The notes under the pieces were generated by a model. That model saw only the letters and a program-made list of their open reading frames with translations, made no database searches and had not been told where the DNA came from. The position numbers and the translations under genes are program-made. This document shows positions 10,640-20,408 of a stretch of 64,000 nt of DNA, one piece after another. Source of the DNA: an uncultured Pseudomonadota bacterium (GTDB lineage Bacteria; Oederibacteriota; Muellerivitia; Muellerivitales; Muellerivitaceae). Each line of letters opens with the position of its first letter. Position 1 is the stretch's first letter. The stretch spans positions 352,001 to 416,000 of the forward strand of contig CAWJKT010000004.1 of the NCBI GenBank assembly GCA_963843375.1. Reading direction: 5' to 3'.

Positions 10640-10735
10640 GGATTCCTAAAGGGTTATTTGATTTATAACGGAATTGCCCTCATTTAAACTGGTGAGGAAG
10701 GGGATTGCAAATCAAAAAGCCCGAAGGAGCCAATT

Positions 10736-12814
10736 TTGGGGAATAAAAAAGAGGTCCTGCCGGGACTGGGTGTTTCCCCCGGCTTTCCGTGGGTGATCCT
10801 CGGTGTTTTAACCACGACCAACTTTTTATTGTCCTATGCCCCTCTTCCGCCAGGATTCAAATTTTGGCTGTTCCTTTTGGGGGCAGTGGCGCCTCTTGGT
10901 TTTTGGGCCGCGAAGAAAAGGGAGGCTTCCTCCCAGGGAACTTTTGATCAGCGGGAATTCTTGTCGCCCCTTCCGCTTTGGATATGGATTTTCTTGTTTG
11001 GTGCTGCCTTTTTCGCCCGATTTTGGAGGATTGAAAGCCTTTTCCGGTGGCCCTTCGGAGACGAGGGCTTATGCGGATTGGCGGGCATCGAGTTAAGCCA
11101 AAAATGGGATTGGCGGTATTTTTATACCGCGGGCCAGGATCCCCCGACCCTTTTTTGGATTTGCGGGTTGTTTTTTAAATTCTCCAATTCCGTTTTTTTC
11201 AATCTTTGGGTTCCGGCGGCTTTGATCTCTTGCCTTTCGGTGGTTGTGGGCTTCTTGGCGGCCCGGCAATTTTTTTCCCGTTCTTTTTCTTTCGTTTGCA
11301 CAGGCCTATTGGCTTTTTCCTATTGGCCCCTTTACCTGGGTCGGGTAGCCTTCCCAGGGGCCTTCGTGCTTTTATGGTGGCCTTTGACGCTCCTTGTACT
11401 GGGTCAATATTTGAAAGCATCCTCCACTCGAAAGACTGTCTTGGCCCCGGTTTTAGGAGTCGTTACCGGATTAAACACCTTTACTTTCACCTCCTGGCCT
11501 TTTTTCGCTTTCTCCATTTGGATCGCTGTTTTATTTGAAATGACGCGCCAAAGGGAAAAATCCTGGCGGAGACTCCTCCTGTTTGCGGGTGGTTTTGGAA
11601 TCGGACTTCTTCCATTTCTTTGGGCTTCCTTTCAATTGGGCTTTGGCCAGCATATCTCGGATGTTGCGCTGTGGAGCAGGCCCGTGAACTGGAAAAAGCA
11701 GGCGCAAGTGGTTTTGAATTATTTGAGCGTTTTGGGTTGGGGGCCTCTTCACGAGGACAATTACAATACTCCGTTCCAGGGGGGCTATTTAAACCCGGTT
11801 TGGGCCACTTTTTTTCTGCTGGGGTTGGTCGGATTTTTCCAACGCCTATCCTCGGGGCTCGCTCGCTGGATCATCGGTTGCGGGTTGCTCTTTTTGATTC
11901 CCGGGTTCCTGACGATTAATATGGACGGTTTTCGCATCATCCAAATCTTGCCGCTTTTACTGGTCGTGACGGCCTATGGCTGCCGGGTTTTGTTGGACCC
12001 CGTCTCCCGGAACTGGCGGGTCCCCCTGCTTTCGCTTCTTTTTCTCTTCTCATTGCTTTTCGACATGGGCCGTTTGGCCCAGCCTTACCGCCAGGTCGAC
12101 CTCCATCCTGAAAAATTCCAAGCCACGGGGAAATCCCTGGCCAGGTACCGGGCTTACCAAGCCCTGCAGACTTGGGTGGATCTCCTGGGGCCGGGAATCA
12201 TCCTGGGTGAGTGGGATATTCCCGCCGATAGGACGCTTGAGGCCGTCACTTATTTCAATAATTCGAATTTGAACCCCCGGCTGGACCCCGCACGGTCCAA
12301 GTGGTTAGCCCTCTTGACCGACCGGCATTACTGGCCTTTCCTGGAGAAAAGGTTTCCCCGGGCTTCCTTTACGGATTTGGACGCGGATTTTTCCAAGGGT
12401 GGTAACCGGATGCTCTTGGTTATCCGGGATTCCTCCAAAAACCGGGAATCGCTGCAACGATGGGCCTGCGCCGACCGGGCTTTCCGAAACCTGAATTGGG
12501 CCATTGACCATATTCATGACCGGGATTGTCTGACCCGGGTCGACCAGGATATTCACACGGATTACCCCTTGGTCCGGGGGGACCCTTTCCTGGAATCGGT
12601 TTATTGGGAAAAGGCGGCTTATTTTTATTATTACTATGGCGGCCATTATCCGGAGCACTTAAGGGCGCTTCAATTGGCCGTTACGAGGGGTTATCCGGCG
12701 GCCCATTTGTACACGGAATTGGCGGAGCTTTATACCCTCGGGGGCCACAACGCTTTGGCCCAAGAGGCTACCCAAAAGGCACAGCAGTCGGAAACCGAAT
12801 ATCCCTGGCGTTAA
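10736..12814 (+). CDS. GT-C (ArnT/PMT-like) membrane glycosyltransferase with C-terminal TPR-like domain
   Basis: Multiple TM helices, RFWRI...WPFGDEG acidic first loop, PP motif and a helical C-terminal GYPAAHLY segment. Confidence 0.65.
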   Translation: MGNKKEVLPGLGVSPGFPWVILGVLTTTNFLLSYAPLPPGFKFWLFLLGAVAPLGFWAAKKREASSQGTFDQREFLSPLPLWIWIFLFGAAFFARFWRIESLFRWPFGDEGLCGLAGIELSQKWDWRYFYTAGQDPPTLFWICGLFFKFSNSVFFNLWVPAALISCLSVVVGFLAARQFFSRSFSFVCTGLLAFSYWPLYLGRVAFPGAFVLLWWPLTLLVLGQYLKASSTRKTVLAPVLGVVTGLNTFTFTSWPFFAFSIWIAVLFEMTRQREKSWRRLLLFAGGFGIGLLPFLWASFQLGFGQHISDVALWSRPVNWKKQAQVVLNYLSVLGWGPLHEDNYNTPFQGGYLNPVWATFFLLGLVGFFQRLSSGLARWIIGCGLLFLIPGFLTINMDGFRIIQILPLLLVVTAYGCRVLLDPVSRNWRVPLLSLLFLFSLLFDMGRLAQPYRQVDLHPEKFQATGKSLARYRAYQALQTWVDLLGPGIILGEWDIPADRTLEAVTYFNNSNLNPRLDPARSKWLALLTDRHYWPFLEKRFPRASFTDLDADFSKGGNRMLLVIRDSSKNRESLQRWACADRAFRNLNWAIDHIHDRDCLTRVDQDIHTDYPLVRGDPFLESVYWEKAAYFYYYYGGHYPEHLRALQLAVTRGYPAAHLYTELAELYTLGGHNALAQEATQKAQQSETEYPWR

Positions 12815-12821
12815 AATGGAA

Positions 12822-14894
12822 TTATTGGACCGGCAGGTTTTCTGGTTTTGGAAAGGCTTTCTGGAAATTTCCATTTGAGTTTTCAGGTTCGTTCGTCATG
12901 TCCCGGGCTTTTGAGAGGTTGTAATAGAGATGGGCGGTCGGATAGCCTAGATGGATGGCCTTTTCTAAATCCTGAACGCAATCCGGATAATGGGAAAGAA
13001 TAGCGTCGAACATTCCCATTTTTTCCCAAAAGATGGAACGAAGGAAAGGGTCGCCCTCAAAAAAGGCATAGGCCAGCTGGAGTTTCGATCGAAAATTTTC
13101 CCAACTCACGGGCGGATTATTTTTTTTGATTTCTAAATCCAAGTCACTGCAAATCCGGTCGGCTTTTTTCCAATCTTCCAATGTTTCCGCGTCCATGGAA
13201 CTGACCGGTATCAACCCCAAAGCCAAGTTTAAGTTGTTGGGAAGGGTATCCTTCTTTAAAAGTACCCACCGGCTCTGGGGAAACCTTTTTTGAAGAAAAG
13301 GAACGTAATATTTGTTGACCAAAAGCGCGGCCCACCGGGGATGGAGGCCGGAGAGCTTGGGGTTTTGAATGGCGTCAAAAGGAAAACAAAAAAGGTTCAA
13401 AGTCTTGTTGAAAAAATCCAGGTTGAATTCATTAAAAATATAAAGGGGACCCTCTTGCCGGCTTGTATCCTTCAAAAGGCTGTAGGCCGAGGCATATTCC
13501 CCGGATATCCAATCACTCTTGCCGGGAGGAAGAGATTTCCAATCCTGATAGGGAACCCACCATTGGAAGGCATTTAAGGCCGAAGAGGCCAGAAGGATTA
13601 ATCCCACCGCTACCCATCGGCGTGCCGCTGGAAGAGGAAGCAGAAGTTCGCCTAATCCGGCCAAAAGAGGAAATAAGAGAAGAGGCAGAACCTGAATGAT
13701 GTGGCACATACTAACGGTATTACTAAGGATTCCCGGAAGAAGAAACAATCCGAAACTCAGGAAGAACCATCTGGAAAAGATTGATTTCCATCTTGAAGCG
13801 AATCGCACCAGACCCACCCCGATCAAAGCGGATTCCAGGGGATTAAAAATCCCGCCCCATGCCGGACCATCGGGTTGATTCCCCGCACCGTCCCCGAAAA
13901 GGAGGTTCCAGTAGCCGGGCAGAGATTGGGAGAGGGGAAGCTGTAAAAATTCTTCCTGGAGGTGATGGAGTCCGTCTTGCCCCAGCCGCGACCAAAGGAT
14001 TGGAAAAGCGGTTCCCAAGGCCGATAAAAGAAAAACGATGGCCAAGCGGGGATAGGGTTTGAGGGTTTGAATCAGGACCACCAGCAAGACCGAAAGGAAA
14101 ACCATTGGCCATACGGTGTATGAGTAAAAGCCGAGGCCGGTGGCAACTCCCAGCGCACCAAAGGCCCAGGGTTGGAGTCCAGGGGGGTGGGAGAGGGTTT
14201 TTAAGGCCCAGCCACAGCAACCCAGGGCCAGACACTCCATGGGAAGAACCGTCAGGGGGCCGATGCCGGTGCGGCTAAAAACCCAGCTCCAAAAACTCAA
14301 CATCCAAAAGCAAGCCGCCAGGAAGGAAAGGCTTTTGGAAAAAAACTGTCGAGCCGATCCATAGGCCAGCCCAACCGTGACGACGGAAACCAGGGCGGGA
14401 AAAATACGGATGGTAAGATTCGAAGGCTCAAAGACTTTCAGAAAAAGCCCCAGTCCCCAAAGGTAAAGCGGTTCGGACTGGCATTCCCCCCATAAAAGCA
14501 GCCCGTCCCATTTTTGGGAAAGCGACCATCCTAAGATTCCGAAGTGGCCCACATCCTTGATGGGCCAGAGGGGGTTGGAATCGATCCTGTAAAAGCGGGT
14601 GAAAAGAACAAGCGTCCCGAAAATGCACCAAAGGAGGGGACCGGGGGGGGATAAAAGCCTGGTTTCGGTTGATGAAAAATCAGGGCCGGAAATTTTTTGA
14701 CCGGTGCGGTTCATCCGTCCCAGGGAGAATAGGGCTGCGGGAATAATCAACCCATAAAAAGCCACCAGGAGTTTAGATGTCAAGGACAAGGAGGCATAAG
14801 ATAAAAGCGTGTTGGAAATCGAAAAAAATAAAAAGCAAACCCAGGGCCTATCCAGTTTCTTGAAGTTAAGTCCGGGATTTTTTCTCAGAACCAT
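12822..14894 (-). CDS. GT-C (ArnT/PMT-like) membrane glycosyltransferase, paralog of 10736..12814
   Basis: Shares RF(W/Y)RI..WP..D.G, GG..NP, PFL.KRFP, GDPFL.S..WEK and GYP.AHLY motifs with the convergent neighbour. Confidence 0.65.
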   Translation of the reverse strand: MVLRKNPGLNFKKLDRPWVCFLFFSISNTLLSYASLSLTSKLLVAFYGLIIPAALFSLGRMNRTGQKISGPDFSSTETRLLSPPGPLLWCIFGTLVLFTRFYRIDSNPLWPIKDVGHFGILGWSLSQKWDGLLLWGECQSEPLYLWGLGLFLKVFEPSNLTIRIFPALVSVVTVGLAYGSARQFFSKSLSFLAACFWMLSFWSWVFSRTGIGPLTVLPMECLALGCCGWALKTLSHPPGLQPWAFGALGVATGLGFYSYTVWPMVFLSVLLVVLIQTLKPYPRLAIVFLLSALGTAFPILWSRLGQDGLHHLQEEFLQLPLSQSLPGYWNLLFGDGAGNQPDGPAWGGIFNPLESALIGVGLVRFASRWKSIFSRWFFLSFGLFLLPGILSNTVSMCHIIQVLPLLLFPLLAGLGELLLPLPAARRWVAVGLILLASSALNAFQWWVPYQDWKSLPPGKSDWISGEYASAYSLLKDTSRQEGPLYIFNEFNLDFFNKTLNLFCFPFDAIQNPKLSGLHPRWAALLVNKYYVPFLQKRFPQSRWVLLKKDTLPNNLNLALGLIPVSSMDAETLEDWKKADRICSDLDLEIKKNNPPVSWENFRSKLQLAYAFFEGDPFLRSIFWEKMGMFDAILSHYPDCVQDLEKAIHLGYPTAHLYYNLSKARDMTNEPENSNGNFQKAFPKPENLPVQ

Positions 14895-15014
14895 GACCGC
14901 ATTTTATCAGGTTCCGTTCCCCGAAAATAAAAAAGGCCTACCAAGGTGTTTTTCTCCTTTTGTCCGGCAGGATAAAGCAGGGTGATCACGGTTCCTTTGG
15001 AATAATTCATGACT

Positions 15015-16154
15015 TTATTTGGCTTGGTATCGACCCCCCCATTTTTTTCGGATCCATGAATTAGAGGGGATTTCAAAATAGTGGTAAGACAGCCAAGCCA
15101 TCCCAATGGTGATGCCGGCCAAAAGGAGAAAGGCCACCCATTCATTTTTACCCAGAAGGTAAGGCCACAAGAAATAAAGGACCGTGGAATGTAAGAGGTA
15201 CATTCCATAGCTTAGTTTTCCGGGAACAACAAGGAAGGACCAGAATCTCTTTTCAAAGAAACTCAAATGCAGCCCCCCCAATAAAAAGAAGAAGGCCCCG
15301 ACGCCAATAAAGGTATTGCCCCAAAGCGACCAATCATCATCCCCGCGGACGTAAACATGTAAATATAAGATTAAAAAAACAAACAGTCCCGAAAGACAAA
15401 AGAGGAGGGAATTTTTTGGCCGCGTCAAAAGAGAGTTCTTGTAACGTTCCGAAACAAGGTAAAGAAGACACCCCATGGCAATTAAGTTAAAGGCGGCGAA
15501 GGAATTATAGATCATGATGTTGTTGTGGGGGCAAAAGCGCCACCCGATGAGGATGGAGATGGGCCCCAAAATGACCAGGAAAACCAGTAAGAGAACCAAG
15601 TTTCGCTCATTGCCAAGCCGTTTTAAAATGAGTGGATAAAATAAATAAAATTGCTCCTCAATGGACAAGGACCACAACAAGTCCCAATGACTTCCCAATG
15701 ACAGATGATGGTTGGCATGGAAGACCTTGTACCAATTCATCGAGAAGGTTGAGAGGATGATCAATAAAGGAAAAGAAATCGTAACCTTTGGATTACCAAA
15801 ACAATATTTGAACTGGGGAGTATTGGGATTGGCGATTAAGCTGAAGACGACCCCCGCAATACAAGTCCAAATCAAAAGAGGAAGAAGCCGGCCAATGCGC
15901 CTGAAATAAAAACTACGCAAATCGGGATTGAAAAGTCCGGGCTTATCCAGGGCGATCAACCGGGTAATCAGAAATCCAGAAACGACAAAAAAAATCGAAA
16001 CGCCGTAACCGTGATTCAGCCAGAACTTATACCAAAGATATTCCAGGGCGTAATATTTCGAGCCATGATTGACGAATAAAGCCTGTAGATGGCCGGCTAA
16101 AACCACCAATATGGCCACGGACCTCACCAAATCCACTACTTGTATTTTTTTCAT
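15015..16154 (-). CDS. Acyltransferase family 3 (OafA-like O-acyltransferase)
   Basis: DLVRSVAIL.V...H, GVSIFFVVSGFLIT, FYFRRIGRL, WSLSIEEQFY and SYGMYLLH motifs. Confidence 0.9.
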   Translation of the reverse strand: MKKIQVVDLVRSVAILVVLAGHLQALFVNHGSKYYALEYLWYKFWLNHGYGVSIFFVVSGFLITRLIALDKPGLFNPDLRSFYFRRIGRLLPLLIWTCIAGVVFSLIANPNTPQFKYCFGNPKVTISFPLLIILSTFSMNWYKVFHANHHLSLGSHWDLLWSLSIEEQFYLFYPLILKRLGNERNLVLLLVFLVILGPISILIGWRFCPHNNIMIYNSFAAFNLIAMGCLLYLVSERYKNSLLTRPKNSLLFCLSGLFVFLILYLHVYVRGDDDWSLWGNTFIGVGAFFFLLGGLHLSFFEKRFWSFLVVPGKLSYGMYLLHSTVLYFLWPYLLGKNEWVAFLLLAGITIGMAWLSYHYFEIPSNSWIRKKWGGRYQAK

Positions 16155-16273
16155 TACGTCGGGAGATCCTTGGCTTGAGCGCGTATCAATATTTTAAAAT
16201 TTAACCATGGTGGCCGGCAACCCCTGGGGCGGGGAAAGAGGGCGTTCTTTTTCTATGGACCATTCAGAGGAAA

Positions 16274-17989
16274 TTAAAGAGCCCGGGGAATGGTGAGGGT
16301 GAAACAGCTGCCCTTGGCCACCTGGGTAACGGCGCTGATATCCCCGCCCTGGGCCTTCATGAAATGCTTGGCCACATAGAGGCCCAAACCCGCGCCCGCA
16401 CTACCTGCTTCTTCTCCCAACACTCGTTTTTGGGTAAAGAGTTGGGCCATGGCGGTCTCGCTGATGCCCCGGCCGGTATCCTTGATCTTCAACAAAATCA
16501 CTCGGTCCTTGGCTTCAGCGCTGAGTGTGAGTCCGCCCTTGTCGGTAAACTTGATGGCGTTGTTGATGAGATTCCTCAGGGTTTCCACCATCTTGTCCCG
16601 GTCGGCAAGGACGTCGGGTATGCCATCCAGTCCTTCTAGCGTGAAGGAAAGCCCCTTTCGGGCCAGTATGGATTCATAATCCCTCATGGATAACCGGATG
16701 ATTTCCATCAGCGGCATTTTTTCTAAAATGGCGCTGGTTAATCCCCGTTCGATCTTGGAAAGGTTCAGAAGATCTGAAATCAAACGGTAATTATTCATCC
16801 CGATTTCCCGCATATCCATCAGGTATTCGGACTGTTTGGGCGATAATTCCCCGGCCAAACCCTCCAACAAGTTCTCGATATAGCCATTGATCTGGCCCAC
16901 GGGTGTTTTCAACTGGTGGGAAGCCACTGAGATCAGGCTTTGTTTCATTTCCTCCACGTTGCGGCGCTCAGTGATGTCGGAGAATATGGCCAAGCCGTAC
17001 TGGATTTCCCCCTTCAAACCGAAGACCGGCGTGCCCCATACCTGCAAGGGGATGATATGTCCATCCGGATGGTGGATTTCCACATCGTCAATGGTTGATT
17101 TTTCACCTTTCAAAGCTCGCGTGATCGGCATTTTCTCGGGAGGATAAAATTTGTTGGTGCCGGCCAAGTAGCCCTCATATGTAACCGCCAAGTTGTCCGT
17201 GTTGGTTTGAAGGATGCCGCGGCCCAAAAGCTCGCGGGCGACTTGGTTGGCATAAAAGGGTTTTCCGTCTTTGTCCAAGACAAAAATACCCAAAGGTACG
17301 GCTTCGAGAAACTGGAAAAGGCGGTATTCGTTAATCTGGAGCATTTCCTGTGCTTTTTCTTTTTCTCCGATTTCCGAACGAATGGTCAGGAGGGCACCGA
17401 AGGCGAAAAAGATGGCGATACAGGCGCCGCAAACCAGGATGCCTAGGGTGCCATGGCCATTGGCGTCCTCCGCGTCCCGTCGCTTGGCCAACAGGTTTTG
17501 CTCTTCCAGAATCATTCGGTCGATCCATCGATCCATAGTGTCGTTGTGGAGATTTTGAGGGTTTTTGAAATTGGCCATGGCTTCTTTGCCCCGGCCCGAA
17601 AGGCAGAGCCGGATGTTCAATCGCCTCGTCGAGAGGCTATTTTTGAGCAGGGGCATGAATTGGTGGAAATTCTCCCGCTGAACTGGATTGTCCGAGGTCA
17701 TTTCCTGGATGTCTAAGGCGGTCTTTTCGGCCAAGTTCAGGGAGGTTTCATCGGACTTCAGGAATTCGGGCTTGTTTAGGATCAAATAGGAATGATAAGA
17801 GGATTGGGCTTTTTTGAGGTTGTATTGCAAAACCTGGAGTTGGGAGATGGCGTCCATCGTGTGATCCACCAATCCGTTACTCTCCAACATCTTATTGATA
17901 CTGAAGAAGGAAAGGCAGCCAATTGCGAGAATGATTGTGGTCAGGATACCGAAACCAAGGAATAATTTTTGTTGTAGGGAAAATTTCAT
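16274..17989 (-). CDS. CHASE3-PAS sensor histidine kinase
   Basis: Two TM helices flank a CHASE3-like domain (VDHT..., TSDNPVQ), followed by PAS/PAC (DITERR), H-box SHQLKTP, N-box NLINNAIKFT, G1 DTGRG and G2 GAGLGL. Confidence 0.9.
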   Translation of the reverse strand: MKFSLQQKLFLGFGILTTIILAIGCLSFFSINKMLESNGLVDHTMDAISQLQVLQYNLKKAQSSYHSYLILNKPEFLKSDETSLNLAEKTALDIQEMTSDNPVQRENFHQFMPLLKNSLSTRRLNIRLCLSGRGKEAMANFKNPQNLHNDTMDRWIDRMILEEQNLLAKRRDAEDANGHGTLGILVCGACIAIFFAFGALLTIRSEIGEKEKAQEMLQINEYRLFQFLEAVPLGIFVLDKDGKPFYANQVARELLGRGILQTNTDNLAVTYEGYLAGTNKFYPPEKMPITRALKGEKSTIDDVEIHHPDGHIIPLQVWGTPVFGLKGEIQYGLAIFSDITERRNVEEMKQSLISVASHQLKTPVGQINGYIENLLEGLAGELSPKQSEYLMDMREIGMNNYRLISDLLNLSKIERGLTSAILEKMPLMEIIRLSMRDYESILARKGLSFTLEGLDGIPDVLADRDKMVETLRNLINNAIKFTDKGGLTLSAEAKDRVILLKIKDTGRGISETAMAQLFTQKRVLGEEAGSAGAGLGLYVAKHFMKAQGGDISAVTQVAKGSCFTLTIPRAL

Positions 17990-18166
17990 GGCCGCTTTTC
18001 AGAGGAGGTTGGCCCGATTATACCAATGAAAATTAAACGCGGGGATTTTACCGATTATTTGAAGGAATCGGACAAAAACATCGCCGTTCAACCCCTTCAA
18101 CTCTTTAATTGTGTTGAAAGGGTTGGGCGAATCGGGGGCTGGGCGGGATTCATTTCCAGGAAAAAC

Positions 18167-18496
18167 TTACTTTTCCTTGACCATGACTGCCGTGCCGTAA
18201 CACAAAACCTCGGTAATGCCCTGCATGATTTCGGTGGCGTCGTAACGTACTCCGACAACTGCGTTGGCGCCCAATTGCTCGGCGTGCTTCATCATCATGT
18301 CGAAGGCCTCCCCGCGGGCTTGTTCGCAGAGGTTGGTAAAGAGGGTAATGTTGCCCCCGAATATCGCCTGCAGGCCCGCGCCAATATTGCCGATCACCGA
18401 GCGGGACCGCACCACAATACCTCGAACGACACCCGCGTTTTTTACTGTCTCATAACCGTCCAGCTCAAAAGTCGTCGTCGTCATGTTGTGGTTCAT
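18167..18496 (-). CDS. ybjQ: YbjQ (UPF0145) family protein
   Basis: [11 protein letters not shown] and EVLCYGTAV signatures; 109 aa. Confidence 0.9.
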   Translation of the reverse strand: MNHNMTTTTFELDGYETVKNAGVVRGIVVRSRSVIGNIGAGLQAIFGGNITLFTNLCEQARGEAFDMMMKHAEQLGANAVVGVRYDATEIMQGITEVLCYGTAVMVKEK

Positions 18497-18590
18497 AAAA
18501 ACCTCCTTATAGTAAACGTCGGTTCATTATAGGAATTGAAAAGAAGCTTTCCAGTGAGCAATGACATGTAAACCGGGCATCAGAAAAGGT

Positions 18591-20339
18591 CTAAATTTGG
18601 ATGATTTTGCGTTTGTGGTCGAGGAAGTCTCTTAACACGTATTGGGTCAGCTTTTCGGGGGCTGGGAATATCAACCGGCCTTTGTTGATCTTGTGCATGG
18701 CCTCCAAAAAATCCCCCTCGCCGAAATAGCCCATATCCACCTCGTTGCCCATCATGAAGGTATTGAGGGTGATGTTCTCGTCGGTAACGGCCTTTACCTC
18801 CCTTAAGGTTCGCTGGTAAGTTCGCTCGTTAGGCGGGTAAGTCAGGTACAAGAAGGAGCCCTCATAAAAGGCGGTGGGGGCCCCATCGGTAATAAGAAGA
18901 ATACTCTTGTTCCGGGTCTCGGTGTTGGCAAGAAGCACCCGAGCCAGTTCCAATCCCTTTTGCAGGTTGGTGAAATGCTGGGGAATAGAATCCCGGTCTC
19001 GTTGGGTGAGCCCCCTGGAAAAATCGACTCGCATATTGACGGCGCCGCCCATAATGGAAATGGGCTTGGGGGCCAACTCGGGAATAGCGCCCACGGAAAT
19101 CTGCTTGGCGAATGTGGAAAAGCAAACAAAGTAAAGTTTGTCCTCGGGGTACTCGGTGTGGACAAGGGAATCCAAGGCCAGGGCCAGTTTCTTGGTATTG
19201 TAAAAACGGCCGTAGCGGCTCATGGAACCGGACTGGTCAATGAGCATGACAATAGCGGAAGAGGCGGCGCCCTTGGTTTGGTGCACCATGAAGTCTCGGC
19301 TGTCGATGTGAATTCGCCCTTTCTTCACGCCCTCAGGCGAACCCACCTGGCGAATAGCCGAATTCAAAAGGCTTCCCGGAAGGTCCAGCGTGGTCAGTGA
19401 ATCGCCGAACTCATAGGGGCGGGTGGGTGTCATTTCCACGTTGCCGTCGCCGGTGTAGGTGGCGTGGTGACGGCCCATGCCGTCGGTAAAGAGGCGCGAA
19501 AAGACTTCTTTCAGGGCTTTCTCCCCGATCTTACGGGCGGCGCCGGGCGTAATTTTATAGATGTCCGACTCCTCATCGTAATCCACGTCGCCGGTGGCCT
19601 TGAGGGCTTCCGTAAATTGTTGTTTCAGTTCGTCCCGCTTGGCTTGGAGAGCCTGGGCCGCTTCTTCCCCAAGGATGTCCTTCAAGGTTTCCACTTCCAT
19701 ATTAAATAGATCCCCGTATTCCAAAGCGTCCTTTAGCTGCTGTTCCAATTCTTCGAGGCTTTTCAGTCGTTCCTTCAGGCGCTCGGCCTCGGAAGGAGTG
19801 GGGGTTTTGGGGCCTGTAAAGTCGTGACGATCATAAAGGTCCTTCAGGGAATTTATCTGTTGGATAAGGTAGTTGAGTTTCTGCAAAAATTCCCGGGCCT
19901 CATTAGACGCCTTGTTCTGCATGCGGGAAAGCTGCCAGTCAAGGTTGTAAAGTTGGGATGGGTTACGTTGTTGAAGGGCGTCTTCCAGTTTTTGGGAAAG
20001 AGTCTTGTCCTTAAACTTTGAGACCAATTGCTCCAAGGCCATCGATTTGCGGCGAATTTCCTGTTCTATTTTGTTCAGGAGTTCGTCTAGGCGGTAACCT
20101 TCCAGGATTTCTTTCTTTCGCTTTTCGACCTCATCCATATAGCCCTGGATCAAGTCCTGCAAGCCGCTGGTCTTCATGAACTGGTTATAGGGTATGCCCT
20201 TTTCCTGCAGGTGCCGAAGAGCTTCGTCGAAGGTGACGTGGTATTGCATCATCAATTCCTTCACCGCATTGACCAAGTCCTCCAGCGTGAAAGGGTTTTT
20301 TTCGGGTTCGCGCCATTCGGAATAATCGTGAGTAATCAT
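18591..20339 (-). CDS. von Willebrand factor A domain protein (Rv0959-like), partner of the upstream AAA+ ATPase
   Basis: Coiled-coil N-terminus, RPYEFGD, MIDAS DQSGSM, TN.Q.GL and LITDGAPT motifs. Confidence 0.8.
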   Translation of the reverse strand: MITHDYSEWREPEKNPFTLEDLVNAVKELMMQYHVTFDEALRHLQEKGIPYNQFMKTSGLQDLIQGYMDEVEKRKKEILEGYRLDELLNKIEQEIRRKSMALEQLVSKFKDKTLSQKLEDALQQRNPSQLYNLDWQLSRMQNKASNEAREFLQKLNYLIQQINSLKDLYDRHDFTGPKTPTPSEAERLKERLKSLEELEQQLKDALEYGDLFNMEVETLKDILGEEAAQALQAKRDELKQQFTEALKATGDVDYDEESDIYKITPGAARKIGEKALKEVFSRLFTDGMGRHHATYTGDGNVEMTPTRPYEFGDSLTTLDLPGSLLNSAIRQVGSPEGVKKGRIHIDSRDFMVHQTKGAASSAIVMLIDQSGSMSRYGRFYNTKKLALALDSLVHTEYPEDKLYFVCFSTFAKQISVGAIPELAPKPISIMGGAVNMRVDFSRGLTQRDRDSIPQHFTNLQKGLELARVLLANTETRNKSILLITDGAPTAFYEGSFLYLTYPPNERTYQRTLREVKAVTDENITLNTFMMGNEVDMGYFGEGDFLEAMHKINKGRLIFPAPEKLTQYVLRDFLDHKRKIIQI

Positions 20340-20408
20340 TGAAAACCTTTGAGCGGATTCGCACGGTGGAATTTCTTTAAAACCCTGTCCATCCGCGTTG
20401 ATCGGCGG

